Below are positions 29,309 through 39,049 of a stretch of 64,000 nucleotides of DNA, piece after piece. This stretch comes from a virus. The notes under the pieces were generated by a model, which made no database searches, was not told the origin of the DNA, and saw nothing but the letters and a program-made list of their open reading frames with translations. Each line of letters starts with the position of its first letter. The stretch's first letter is position 1. The DNA lies in IMG/VR virus record IMGVR_UViG_3300012205_000277, positions 1 through 64,000 of that record, one strand, 5' to 3'. The position numbers and the translations under genes are program-made.

Positions 29309-30044
29309 TGGTATTCTCCTTTGGAGGTGATTTTTTCCAGTTTTCTTCCTGCAACCACTTCCTGGCTTTCTGGATGAATCCTTGCTGCCATTGCGGCGAA
29401 GCTTTGTAGACGAGTACGGCGGCGATCACGTCGTCCAGGACGGCGACGGGCAAATACAGGAAAATGGTTTTTGCCGATTGCTCGTCCTGTTTATTCGGAT
29501 ACAGCTCCCAGAACAGTTCCCACTTGGCCTGTTTGAATTTTTGGGATTCATCGCCGTTTCCCTCGGCGCGCCCGGCATATTCTTTGCCGATGGCCGCGGC
29601 TTCGGCCTGGAGGGCTGCCGGAGCGGGGAATAAGCGAAGCGTCTCCGGGTCGGCTTTGAGGCCGTTCCAGTATTTTTCTATGGCTTTATCGCTGGGGGTC
29701 GTAACGTCCAGTTTCGGGTAATGGTTGCGCTGGGATTTGGGCGGCAGCCGCCCGGGCTTGTTGCTGCCGGTCCAGTGCCCGTATTTCTTCCCGTGCTCTT
29801 CCCAGATATAGAGCAAGCCGTGACGATGGAAATCGTCCAAGACTTGCCGCAACGTATCGATACCGAAATGCGGCCGGATGGCGGCGACTTTGCCGTGGAT
29901 CACCCGCAAATCGCCGATTTCGAAATTGCCGTTGGCGTCCGCCAGCGCGTACAGCCAGGTATATTCCGGAATGAATTCCTCCTTGCAGTTCGCCAGTTTC
30001 GAACTGCCCCAGACCGCATCGCCGTCGATGATTCTTTTTGCCGT
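29211..30044 (-). CDS. Putative replication initiator/replisome organiser (start uncertain, possibly ACG)
   Basis: KRIID..VW.S.KL, ADANG; C-terminal FWELYP.K.....A...F...WL....W. Confidence 0.7.
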   Translation of the reverse strand, partial: TAKRIIDGDAVWGSSKLANCKEEFIPEYTWLYALADANGNFEIGDLRVIHGKVAAIRPHFGIDTLRQVLDDFHRHGLLYIWEEHGKKYGHWTGSNKPGRLPPKSQRNHYPKLDVTTPSDKAIEKYWNGLKADPETLRLFPAPAALQAEAAAIGKEYAGRAEGNGDESQKFKQAKWELFWELYPNKQDEQSAKTIFLYLPVAVLDDVIAAVLVYKASPQWQQGFIQKARKWLQEENWKKSPPKENTNARRIIGPAGRTTEEYRNRAQKAAKTLRLDHP

Positions 30045-30816
30045 AGCCCCTCCCGGTCTTTTTTTTAGCGCAGCCCCGGCAGGGCCGCGTTCGCTTCTTT
30101 CAGCAAGGTCATGCGGCTTCGCCAGCCTTCGTATTCGGGTGCCGTGTGTCCCGGCCGGTAGGCGCAATTCCCCTGGACGCACCCGTGCGCTTCGGCTCCC
30201 GCCAGCGGCCACCCGCAACACATGCAGCGCCGGACGGAAGCGAGCGCCACCATTTCCTGCAACGCCATCAGCTTCGCTTCGAGAAAAGCATTGGTGAATT
30301 GCTGTTCGTTCATTTCTTTCCTGTAAAGATTTTCTTCAGGAGCAAAATCAGGAGGACGGAAAAGCAAACCGCCAAAACCAAAGCCGCGAATTGTTCCATT
30401 TCCCCGGGCCCCCTGGATCTTAAAAATGTTTGGGACAAAAATCCTTGCCGGCCGTCGAACGCGCGCAGTACCGGCAAACCGGGCGGTCGCAGGTGAAGAT
30501 TGCGCCCCCGAGCGAACGCCCTATTTCGTAATCGCAAACAAGCGTGGCGGGCTGGGACCCGGAACAGAATTTGCACCGCGGCGCACGCCGGGCGGCATGC
30601 TTCACGATCGCCACTACGCCGTCCGGGAACTTGACATGCGAGCAGGGCATGAACGACCTAAAAAAAGAGCTGCAGGAAGGAAGGAAAACCTAGGGAGAAC
30701 GGGCTGCGGATAGAGGGAGAAAAAGATGGACGGTTTAGCCGGTTTTACCCGGCCTAGCGCTTCACCGATTTCGTTCTAAACCGTTCACCGGTTCTCCTTC
30801 CCCCCGCAGGAGCCGT

Positions 30817-30845
30817 ACACTAGTACTATGGTCCTAGCGTGTCAA
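30817..30845 (-). promoter_or_regulatory. sigma70 promoter for the replication operon
   Basis: TTGACA-N17-TAGTGT. Confidence 0.65.
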
Positions 30846-30925
30846 GTTTCATTTCTGTTTTCTCCAAAATCCGTCCGTGGATTGCTGTGGGAAACCACTA
30901 AAAACCATGGGAAAAAGTTTTCTGT

Positions 30926-31052
30926 CTAGGCAATGCCTAGCTGTTGCGTAGGCAGCCAATTTGGTTGCCTAGATAGGTTTGGGTTTGGTTTGGGTTTGGT
31001 TTAGGTGTAGGTAACACATACTATCTAGGCGCGGTCCTTTTTGCCTAGGCAA
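30926..31052. repeat. Cluster of CCTAG/CTAGGC motifs, palindromes and GGTTT(G) tandem repeats
   Basis: CTAGGCAATGCCTAG, TAGGCAGCCAATTTGGTTGCCTA, GGTTTGGGTTTGGTTTGGGTTTGGTTTAGG. Confidence 0.75.
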
Positions 31053-31519
31053 GGATGCCAAGTCGTCTCATTGTGAGATTTCCTGTGCTCCTACAATCCA
31101 ACCCGAAATGAAACCCACAAGACCAAACTAATTTCTTTCCCCGAGTAGTACTACCCCCCCCCTCGGAGTTTACCTGATTGACTTCCACTCCTCCCTTGCC
31201 ACACTCAATTCTGGCCTGCTCTTAGGCCTAAAGAAAAAGGCAAATTTTTGCCCGCGGATCCCGTCCCCATGACCCGTGAACGTAAAACCGATTCCGCCCT
31301 CAAATCCGCCTGGTTCTCCGGCCTCCTCTCCCCCTCCCTCGCCGCCGATTCCTCCCTCCTCGATTCCTTCCCCGATGGCCATTCCGCCGACCGCTCCCTC
31401 TCCCGCTTCCTACGGAGAAAAAAACTCAGAATCCTGCCCCAAAAATTCCTCGAGTCCAAACGCGCCTGAAAGTCCCGAATTTTACCCAAAAATTTTCGCG
31501 GGGCTAGAAGAGCCCTGGC

Positions 31520-31635
31520 GCGCATCGCATCCCAGAAGTTATGAGCCGCATCGCATCGCAGATCGTCGCGCCTTGCGGCTCTGTGTCGCATGAGCGCGCA
31601 TCCTAGGACGCATCGCAACCGCATCGCATCGCAGG
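31520..31635. repeat. CGCAT short-repeat tract
   Basis: About 10 copies of CGCAT in ~115 bp. Confidence 0.65.
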
Positions 31636-31765
31636 CTAGGGCGCATGCTGGCCGCACTGGGAGAGAGGCGCGCAAAATAAAAAAGCGCAATAGGGGCGCA
31701 TTAGGGCGCATTTAGAATCTAGGGCAAGTTAGGTAGTAGGTTGCTGGCTGGGAGTCTGTAGGAGC

Positions 31766-31795
31766 AAAAAAAAAGGCCGGGCTCGCGGCCCGGCC
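31766..31795 (-). terminator. Rho-independent terminator
   Basis: GGCCGGGC-loop-GCCCGGCC followed by T9 on the minus strand. Confidence 0.88.
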
Positions 31796-31812
31796 AGTTA
31801 GGGTTAGTGTGT

Positions 31813-32001
31813 TCAGAGTTTGCCTGACCGGAGGGTCCGCACCGATGGAAGTGCGCGCAAGGAACTATGGGCTATCTTGTGCGCGGTACTCTCTGCGATG
31901 CTGAGGCGCGTTGCAATAGTGCGGAGAGACAATCCGTACTCTTGTAGCGCGCGCACCCTAGCGGCTAGGCTAGGGGTAATTTGAAACGGTTTGCCAATCA
32001 T
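31813..32001 (-). CDS. Small helix-turn-helix protein
   Basis: GLSLRTIATRLSIAESTAHK; GGAGG SD before MIGKP. Confidence 0.65.
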   Translation of the reverse strand: MIGKPFQITPSLAARVRALQEYGLSLRTIATRLSIAESTAHKIAHSSLRALPSVRTLRSGKL

Positions 32002-32130
32002 GCTTTCCTCCCGGGATAGAGACAGGCATCCCATACCGTTTGGTCCCGCGAATCATCCCGCAAAAAAGTATCGCGGAATAGATCCCCGAGAAGGAACAGC
32101 ACCAAAAATACTTCGAAGAATGGGAGCATG

Positions 32131-32373
32131 TTAGATGCTCTGTTTCTTGGCGGCTAAGTAAGACTCAAGCGCCGCCTGTAGGTTGTTATGGCGAAGGAAA
32201 GATTCTAGGTCCGCATCCGTTTGGAACATGTAGCAGGGATTCGGCAATTCGGCGAACGGAATCAGAATGCGCGCGCCGTTTGCTTTTTTGCAAAAGCGCA
32301 TTGCGGCGAGGCGGATTCTCTCCGATCGTTCGCGCACTGTCCGCTGAACGGTTTGCTTTGTAATCATAGGCAT
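32131..32373 (-). CDS. Small early protein
   Basis: Start MPMITK, preceded by the repeated structured leader. Confidence 0.6.
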   Translation of the reverse strand: MPMITKQTVQRTVRERSERIRLAAMRFCKKANGARILIPFAELPNPCYMFQTDADLESFLRHNNLQAALESYLAAKKQSI

Positions 32374-32431
32374 GGATTCTCTTTTCTTAACTGGCCGTCT
32401 AGTTTGGTTCATGCTCACTAGGCGGCCAGCT

Positions 32432-32467
32432 AAAAAAAATGGGAGCGGAAAAATAATCCGCTCCCAG
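32432..32467 (-). terminator. Rho-independent terminator
   Basis: TGGGAGCGGA/TCCGCTCCCA stem followed by T8. Confidence 0.8.
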
Positions 32468-32478
32468 GCCGGAAGAAA

Positions 32479-32628
32479 TTACCGATTGTCCAGAAAAGAC
32501 TCGACCGCCTTGCGGCCCTTTTTGGCGGCGCGGAGATACGCTTGAGATTTCATCGTTTTCCAAGCGGCAAATGCCGCCTTGCGCGCACTGGCTGACCGAC
32601 GCGATGCTGACTTGGATTGCTTGCTCAT
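32479..32628 (-). CDS. 49-aa basic protein (not in the ORF track)
   Basis: MSKQSKSASRRSASARKAAFAAWKTMKSQAYLRAAKKGRKAVESFLDNR; flanked by promoter, leader and terminator. Confidence 0.65.
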   Translation of the reverse strand: MSKQSKSASRRSASARKAAFAAWKTMKSQAYLRAAKKGRKAVESFLDNR

Positions 32629-32692
32629 GGAGTGATTCTCTTTTCCGACTGGCCTAGCTTTGGTCGGGCTCGCTTGTGGCCAATCTGTAAGA

Positions 32693-32721
32693 AGTATGAA
32701 CCTAGCCTATAAGATTGTCAA
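32693..32721 (-). promoter_or_regulatory. sigma70 promoter
   Basis: TTGACA-N17-CATACT. Confidence 0.7.
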
Positions 32722-33462
32722 CACAATTCGGAGTTAGGGCCAAAGAATAATTTGAATACAAGATTGGCCGATGCATGCAAAATACGGATACATACCGATG
32801 TATCAACGTTCGCTTTAGTTACGCTTTAGTTACGCTTTCCGCGCATACCATTTTCGGCATTCGATACCATTTATCATTTCGCGCATTCCATTTTCCATTT
32901 TTCCGCATATGCATTCCCATACGGAAAACCCTGACCCTCCAAAATCTCTCTGGCGCAAAATACCGGGAAAGTATTTTCCAGTCCAGGAAATCAAAACGGA
33001 TTTGAAAGGGGGGTCAATCGGCCATCTTGGGATCGCCGGCATTCTTGGGATTTAATGTTTGGTGAGTAGAACCTACCGGGCAACTTTATTGCTTGGACCG
33101 TGGTAAACTTGCGGCCATGAATCAACAGCAACAACACTGGCGAGATCCAAAAGAAAAAGTATTTTATATCGCGTGGATGACTAGCAAGAATGTGCCATGT
33201 ATCTTAACCGGGCCGTTCGAAAATACCGATCAAGCAAAACAGGCGATTGATGCGCTGCAACCACTGCATCGCAATAGACGCCTGGTCTATGTCGGGGGAG
33301 AACTCTGGCGCAGAATCGGATGGTAGACTTTCGCCTGTCGTCGCACGCCACAGTCTGATAAGACCTAAAAGGTTAACCTGGGGTCCATGTATCGTGGTGT
33401 GTGTTCAATAACTTACAGGGTAGCAGTAATTATGCGGACCTTCGCCACTACTAATTGCGGTA

Positions 33463-33921
33463 CTACTCGCCAGTTTTGCTCGATTCTTCATCTTCGAGCT
33501 GCTGCGTAACGCTCTCGACCACCGCGGCTTCGATCACTTTGTTTTCGATCTTCTCTTCGAGCATGCGTGTTTTCGCCGGCGCTTCAAAAGAAATTTGTAC
33601 TTGCCAGCCACGATCTTCAGGTGAATGAATTTCTACGCGCTGCGTGGGCTTGCCTTCAATGCGATCCGCAATTTCTTTTGCCGCGAGCGTTCCTCCGCGT
33701 GTTAATGCTTCGCGTGCGCGAGCAAGCGCCATCGCGCGGCCCCACGTTGTTCCAACCGGCAATCCCAAAGCCTTGCGTTCTTTCTCCGGCAAATCTTCTC
33801 GCACCAATTCGTCGTACTCTTCAGTCATCGGCCGTTTACGCGGCCGGCCAGGGCTTATTGGCGGCGGATTATTCGGGCCCCAAGGCTTCAGGGTGGAAGG
33901 ATTTCCGTTGGGATTTGGCAT
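33463..33921 (-). CDS. terS: Putative terminase small subunit (DUF5681-like N-terminus)
   Basis: GNP..LKPW......PGRPRK, A.KEI.DR.EGKP.Q. Confidence 0.6.
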   Translation of the reverse strand: MPNPNGNPSTLKPWGPNNPPPISPGRPRKRPMTEEYDELVREDLPEKERKALGLPVGTTWGRAMALARAREALTRGGTLAAKEIADRIEGKPTQRVEIHSPEDRGWQVQISFEAPAKTRMLEEKIENKVIEAAVVESVTQQLEDEESSKTGE

Positions 33922-34096
33922 TTCAGCTTTGAAGCAGCAATACCGGGTGCTTCAATCGACAGGATAGCCGCGCAAGGATTTTTCCGCAAGAGCAAGTTAG
34001 CAACCATGTGCGGAAAGGATATTTTCCGCTTTTTATTTCCTTTGGAAAAACTTAGACTCAATTCGTGTCGAAGCCTGGCGAAGGGAGAAGCGAAAA

Positions 34097-34483
34097 ATGG
34101 CCGACGAGCCCACCGCAGCGAAACCTACAGGGAAAGTAAAGATATCGAAAGTGGTGGAACCGCCGGCGCCTCCGCCGGAAACATTCGGGTTGGTGGTGAG
34201 CGCGGTTTTTGATATTCAGAGCAAATTGGGCGAGCAAACAAAAACGGTGGAGACGCTGAACACGCGGTACATGGAGCAGCGGGAGGACATCCGCATCCTG
34301 GAAAAATTAATCGAAACGAAAGTTTTGGAGTTGACGACGGCGATGACTTTGATGAACAGGACACTTTATGCCGGGTGGATATTGCTGGTGACGATCGGGG
34401 GGATAGCGGCATGGACGATTTACCGGGTATGGGAAGTGATCCTACCCCTAATCCAGAGCAAGCTAGGGATACCGGTGAGGTAA
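34097..34483 (+). CDS. Coiled-coil protein with C-terminal transmembrane segment
   Basis: Hydrophobic LYAGWILLVTIGGIAAWTIY. Confidence 0.6.
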   Translation: MADEPTAAKPTGKVKISKVVEPPAPPPETFGLVVSAVFDIQSKLGEQTKTVETLNTRYMEQREDIRILEKLIETKVLELTTAMTLMNRTLYAGWILLVTIGGIAAWTIYRVWEVILPLIQSKLGIPVR

Positions 34484-34498
34484 GGCAAGGAGGCCGAA

Positions 34499-34882
34499 AT
34501 GGAAATTTCATCCGAGAACCAAGTCAACCGCGGCATGGAAGTTTTCGCCGTATCTACTGAAGAACCAACGCCATGCAGTTCATGTGGGAACTGGAGGATT
34601 GGGAAATACCGCGTCCCGGGAATATCGGGAGTGTTCTGTTCGGTGGGTTGCCTGGAAACCGAGCTATTCGGGCAGAAGCACTGCCGGTGGTGCGGAAGGC
34701 CGATGGAGAACCCTTACACGAGCATCGAAGCGCGGCTGTGTTCAGAGAACTGCAGCGTAAGTTATTGGAAACACGTGAAGGGCGACCGAAGTGCCGCATT
34801 GGGATCTGGTAAGCGCTTCGTCGGCTGGCTCCAGGAAAACTCCCCAAGAGCGTTTGCCATGCTCATGGGCAATAGAGCGTAA
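34499..34882 (+). CDS. Tandem treble-clef (TRASH/MYM-like) zinc-finger protein
   Basis: Two CxxC...CSxxC units. Confidence 0.6.
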   Translation: MEISSENQVNRGMEVFAVSTEEPTPCSSCGNWRIGKYRVPGISGVFCSVGCLETELFGQKHCRWCGRPMENPYTSIEARLCSENCSVSYWKHVKGDRSAALGSGKRFVGWLQENSPRAFAMLMGNRA

Positions 34883-35311
34883 TGGGTGTTTTCACCAAGA
34901 ATCCGTTTTTGCCTGTGGAAAACGTTCCTGCGCAGCCTGGAACTGCCAGCATTGGCATGTTTGAACAGATTTCGCAAAGTCTCCCATGAAACCGGGCTTC
35001 ACAACTGAGCGGTGTTCCTGCGGGGGCAAAGACCCGTTTTGCGGCAAATGCTCCGGGTTGGGCCGGGTGATGGTGGAGAGAACACCAGAGCCTACGCATT
35101 GGCATAGACTAGGCTGGGTAGTGTTTTGGGTAGTGGTGTTATTCTTGCTGACGATTCTGGTTACGGTGAAGTGAATGGGGTGGCTGAAACCAAAGCGCGG
35201 GAACCTGGGGCCGGGCTGGCTCTCGCAGCATGGCGCGGAAGTTTGCCGGCAATGCGGGACGTGTGTCGCGGCGATGGTCGGCGGCCCGAAAACCATGCGA
35301 CTAGGGAAGCC

Positions 35312-35581
35312 ATGAACCGGCGTTACTTCGCTAGTAAACTTCTGGGCGCGATCGCGGTGTGGCCCTGGCATTTTCGCGGCGCCCCGATCGACTGCGCCGA
35401 AGGGAAAGACTTGTGCCCGCTGGGGCATTGCCAAGTCAGTGAAGATTTCCTGCAGTTGCCGGCCGAGCCCCACCAGCGGATCCTCGCGGAAATGGTAGCG
35501 AGCTGGACACTCAAAGCCAAAGTCTGCACGCACGCAGGTTGCGGGATCGTGTACGTGCCGCGCGCGGGGCTTAAAACATGA
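35312..35581 (+). CDS. Small protein with twin-arginine-like N-terminus and Cys motifs
   Basis: MNRRYFASKLLGAIA; CPLGH, C...GCG. Confidence 0.55.
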   Translation: MNRRYFASKLLGAIAVWPWHFRGAPIDCAEGKDLCPLGHCQVSEDFLQLPAEPHQRILAEMVASWTLKAKVCTHAGCGIVYVPRAGLKT

Positions 35582-35754
35582 AAATCTGTTTCCTGGCCCT
35601 GGCACTGGCGTTTTGCGGGTGTTCGGCGCGGCGCGCGGGCTCGTTGCGCTCCCCGTGCCGGCCGGGCTTCTGGAATCCGGAGACGCGCTCTTGCCAGCAG
35701 TGGCATTACTGCTTGGAGAATTGCCGCTGGGACCCTACGGTTACTACGGAATAA
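35578..35754 (+). CDS. 58-aa Cys-rich lipoprotein (not in the ORF track)
   Basis: MKICFLALALAFCG|CSA lipobox-like; ATGA coupling; ends 4 nt before terL. Confidence 0.6.
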   Translation: MKICFLALALAFCGCSARRAGSLRSPCRPGFWNPETRSCQQWHYCLENCRWDPTVTTE

Positions 35755-35758
35755 AATT

Positions 35759-37390
35759 ATGCCGGCAGCCAAACCCACCACCCCCGAGCCGGACATCCCC
35801 CAGGAGCTGATCGACAAGTTCACGCCCAAAAGGTTAATCACTGTCAAACTCCGGAATCCCGCCGGGCATCCGGGGCAGGAACGGATCTGCTATTCCACCA
35901 AGAAACGCATCATCGTAAGGGCCGGAAGACGTGGAGGCAAAACTTCCGCCAGTGCCATCAAGGCGGTGATGTCGTTTTTAGGGGACCCCGATAGAGGCAT
36001 TCCACCGAAACGCGTCCTTTATGCCGCGCCGACCATCGACCAGGTGCGTAAATTCTGGGAAGAAGTCAAACGCGCCTTGCACGAAGGCCTGGCCTACAAG
36101 GTGTATTACAAAAACGAGACCAACCATATTATCGAGCCCTTCGGAACTCCGCCGGTGATGCCCGGAGAACGTCCCCGGCACCCACGGATCCGCGCCAAAA
36201 CCGCCTTCAACGCGGAGAGTTTGCGTGGAGATTTCGCCGACGTTTTGATCCTCGATGAATACCAACTGATGGATGAAACCGCCTGGACGGAAGTCGGCGC
36301 GCCGATGCTGATGGACAATAACGGGGATGTGATTTTCATATACACGCCACCCAGCCTCGAAAGCCGCTCGGCATCGAAGGCGCGCGACCCGCAGCATGCC
36401 GCGAAAATGTACCGCGAACATAAAGACGATCCGTTGTGGGAATGCATCCATTTCGCGAGCAGAGAAAACCCGCACATCTCTGAAGAAGGGATCGAAGAAG
36501 CCAGTAAGAACATGACGGCGCTCGCCTACCGCCAGGAGATTCTCGCCGAAGATACCGAAGAAATTCCGGGAGCCTTGTGGACGCGGAAAATCATCGAAGA
36601 GTCCAGAGTGAAATCGATTCCGTGCGAACTGCGGCGGGTGGTGGTGGCGGTCGATCCGAGCGGCGGAAACCTTACCGAAGTCGGGATCATGGCGGCCGGC
36701 GAAGGCGCCGACGGGCATTACTATGTGCTGCGCGACGCTTCGATGAAAGCCAGCCGGCCGAAAGAATGGGCGCAGCGCGCGGTGAACCTGTATTACGAGC
36801 TCCTCGCCGACCGGGTAATCGCGGAACGCAACTACGGCGGGGACATGGTCGAAGAAACGCTACGTAACGTGGATGAAAACGTGTCTTACCACGACGTTGT
36901 TTCTTCGCGCGGGAAACTGGTGCGCGCCGAGCCCATCCTGGCGCTGTTCCAGCAAAACAAGATGCACCTGGTATGCCGCTGCGGGCAATCGCCCTGCCGC
37001 GAATTCGCGGAACTGGAAGAAGAACTCGTCACGTACACGGCCGAAGCCGGCCAGAAATCGCCGAACCGCTTAGACGCCATGGTCTTTGCAGGAACGGAAC
37101 TTTCCGGCATGGGCAGCCTCGGCCTGCTCGACCTGTTCAAGTCCGGGCGCGCCGGGAAAATGGCGGAACGGGAAATCGCGAAGATCAAGACGTCGACCTC
37201 GCTGGCCGCGATCGCGACAAACGACAAGACCCCGCGGTGCACGAATTGCGGAAGCTTGACGCTAAGCGTGCTCAGCCGCGGGCCGCAATTCGACGGCGGG
37301 ATCGAGTACCGCTGCCAGGCTTGCGGAAACCAGCAACCCAAGCCCACCATTTTGGGAATCGGCAGCCGACGAATCCAATTGGAAAAATAA
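35759..37390 (+). CDS. terL: Terminase large subunit with C-terminal zinc ribbon
   Basis: AGRRGGKT, LRG...D.LILDE, VAVDPS, E.NYGG, K..RAEP, SPNRLDA. Confidence 0.95.
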   Translation: MPAAKPTTPEPDIPQELIDKFTPKRLITVKLRNPAGHPGQERICYSTKKRIIVRAGRRGGKTSASAIKAVMSFLGDPDRGIPPKRVLYAAPTIDQVRKFWEEVKRALHEGLAYKVYYKNETNHIIEPFGTPPVMPGERPRHPRIRAKTAFNAESLRGDFADVLILDEYQLMDETAWTEVGAPMLMDNNGDVIFIYTPPSLESRSASKARDPQHAAKMYREHKDDPLWECIHFASRENPHISEEGIEEASKNMTALAYRQEILAEDTEEIPGALWTRKIIEESRVKSIPCELRRVVVAVDPSGGNLTEVGIMAAGEGADGHYYVLRDASMKASRPKEWAQRAVNLYYELLADRVIAERNYGGDMVEETLRNVDENVSYHDVVSSRGKLVRAEPILALFQQNKMHLVCRCGQSPCREFAELEEELVTYTAEAGQKSPNRLDAMVFAGTELSGMGSLGLLDLFKSGRAGKMAEREIAKIKTSTSLAAIATNDKTPRCTNCGSLTLSVLSRGPQFDGGIEYRCQACGNQQPKPTILGIGSRRIQLEK

Positions 37391-37465
37391 TGCAATGCCT
37401 GCCCTGCCTCGTTCGCGCCGTTTCTAACCCTGTTCGTGCCAATGCTCAACTCTCCTCGCCTGATT
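37391..37465 (-). ncRNA. Pentamer-repeat candidate guide RNA 3
   Basis: 11 units (two are 6 nt) plus GGCAGGC; promoter TTGACA(37498-37493)-N18-TAGACT. Confidence 0.7.
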
Positions 37466-37541
37466 CCAAGTCTACTATCTTACCCGGCAGGTTGTCAAGG
37501 ATTGCTTGACCTGGGGAAACAAAGGCGGTAAGTTGATGGGT

Positions 37542-38273
37542 ATGCAGTTCTCGACCGCCGGCGTGATCCAGTATTTATCGATGCGGCTGGACTTCGTGCG
37601 CGACATCGACCATGAAGTGATCCGGCGGGTGGCGAACTACGTCGTCAAAGGCGACTGGACGATGGCCGAAGCGGAAGAATTTTTAAGGCAAGTCCAGGCG
37701 CAAGATGTGCGCTTGAAAAGAGGCAATCCCCCGAGAAAGGCGGTTCCCTCTTTGACCCGCACGGCCACGCAAATGCTGCAGCAGCAGGAAGCCGCCAGGG
37801 AGCGAATGAAAACGGTTTTTAATGACATGATGGGGCCAGGCTATTGGGAAAGCTGCGAGGACCAGCGGCGGGCGCGGTTAGCCGCATTGGACACGTTCGG
37901 AATCCCGCCGGAGAGGGTGCCACCAGACGGTGCGAACCGGGCGACGGCGGAAGTCTTGCAACAGGAACAGGAATCGGCCACCGAGCAAATGATTATAGCT
38001 TTCAATGAACTGATGGGAGAAAACTATTTACAAATCCCCTCTGCGCTCCGCACGGCCGAGCAGCAAGGCCAGATTGCGAGAGCCGAACTGCAGCGCCAGG
38101 ATGAGGAGAATCGCTATCGGCTCGAATTGCTGAAAGACATGCCTTTTATCGTGCCGGGAGAAACTGTCGATGAATTGCGTGCTAGAAAGTCGAGTCCAAG
38201 TTCACCGGGAATCATACAGACCGAGCCGGAAACCTCTTTTCTTACCGGCAAGCGCAAAATTGTTTTGGAGTGA
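37542..38273 (+). CDS. Hypothetical protein with internal duplication
   Basis: RTATQMLQQQE...FNDMMG / RATAEVLQQEQE...FNELMG; promoter TTGACC-N17-TAAGTT immediately upstream, possibly leaderless. Confidence 0.65.
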   Translation: MQFSTAGVIQYLSMRLDFVRDIDHEVIRRVANYVVKGDWTMAEAEEFLRQVQAQDVRLKRGNPPRKAVPSLTRTATQMLQQQEAARERMKTVFNDMMGPGYWESCEDQRRARLAALDTFGIPPERVPPDGANRATAEVLQQEQESATEQMIIAFNELMGENYLQIPSALRTAEQQGQIARAELQRQDEENRYRLELLKDMPFIVPGETVDELRARKSSPSSPGIIQTEPETSFLTGKRKIVLE

Positions 38274-38368
38274 ATCATGACACGCTGGCTGAAAAATGAA
38301 TGGCGATTCATTAAATATATTTTCCGGTATGCGGAGTTTAAGCCAAAGGAATAATCATGTGCTTCCCG

Positions 38369-38809
38369 ATGAAAGATGCCATCGAAAAAGAATGGCGCTA
38401 CGCTGGCCTCGATTGCGTGGTGGCACGCGCCGACCTGGCGCACGCCGTGGGTGGCTGGGAAGGTGTGATGAAGCATCGCTGCGGCTATGTGCGCGTTCCG
38501 GCCGGACACCGCTTCCATGGACAACCGTACGACGATATCGATGTGGACGTGCATGGCGGACTGACGTTTGCCGAAATCGAGCCGTGCGCCCATGAAGACG
38601 GCATCGGCTATTGGATTGGATTCGATTGCGCCCATTCCGGAGATGCCAACTGCCCGCCAGGCGATCCGGACGCCGTGCGTCTTGGACTACGCAGTATGCT
38701 CCAGGGCCATTACTGGACGCTCGATGAGGTCCAGGCGGAAACCGAACGCTTGGCGGAACAAGTCCTCGCGGCTGCCGCTCTTGGCGGCCGGCACATCGTT
38801 GTGGCATAA
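38369..38809 (+). CDS. Conserved phage hypothetical protein
   Basis: CGYV.VP.GH..HG, VHGGLTF, GFDCAH.GD. Confidence 0.75.
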   Translation: MKDAIEKEWRYAGLDCVVARADLAHAVGGWEGVMKHRCGYVRVPAGHRFHGQPYDDIDVDVHGGLTFAEIEPCAHEDGIGYWIGFDCAHSGDANCPPGDPDAVRLGLRSMLQGHYWTLDEVQAETERLAEQVLAAAALGGRHIVVA

Positions 38810-39010
38810 ATGAAAGAAAAAGGGTGGCTTGGCCGGGTTATCTGTTTCCTGCATCTGTGCACGCTCGATCAGATCAGATACGACTGGGATCCGTTCATTC
38901 AGCACAAGCGGCGGAAATTCGGGATTTGCTCGCGGTGTTTGCGCAGTAAACGCCTGCCGGCACCTTGGCTTTGCCCGCATTGCCACGCCTTCCACTGGAG
39001 ATAATTCGGC

Positions 39011-39040
39011 TTGACAGCGCGGGCGGAGTTCTGGCAAAGT
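39011..39040 (+). promoter_or_regulatory. Putative promoter of the pth-like/tRNA unit
   Basis: TTGACA-N18-CAAAGT with TG extension. Confidence 0.5.
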
Positions 39041-39049
39041 CTTCGCATC

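Noticed and set aside
31170-31711. ORFs in the repeat region
   Set aside because: Low-complexity translations of DNA repeats with no convincing SD or motif.
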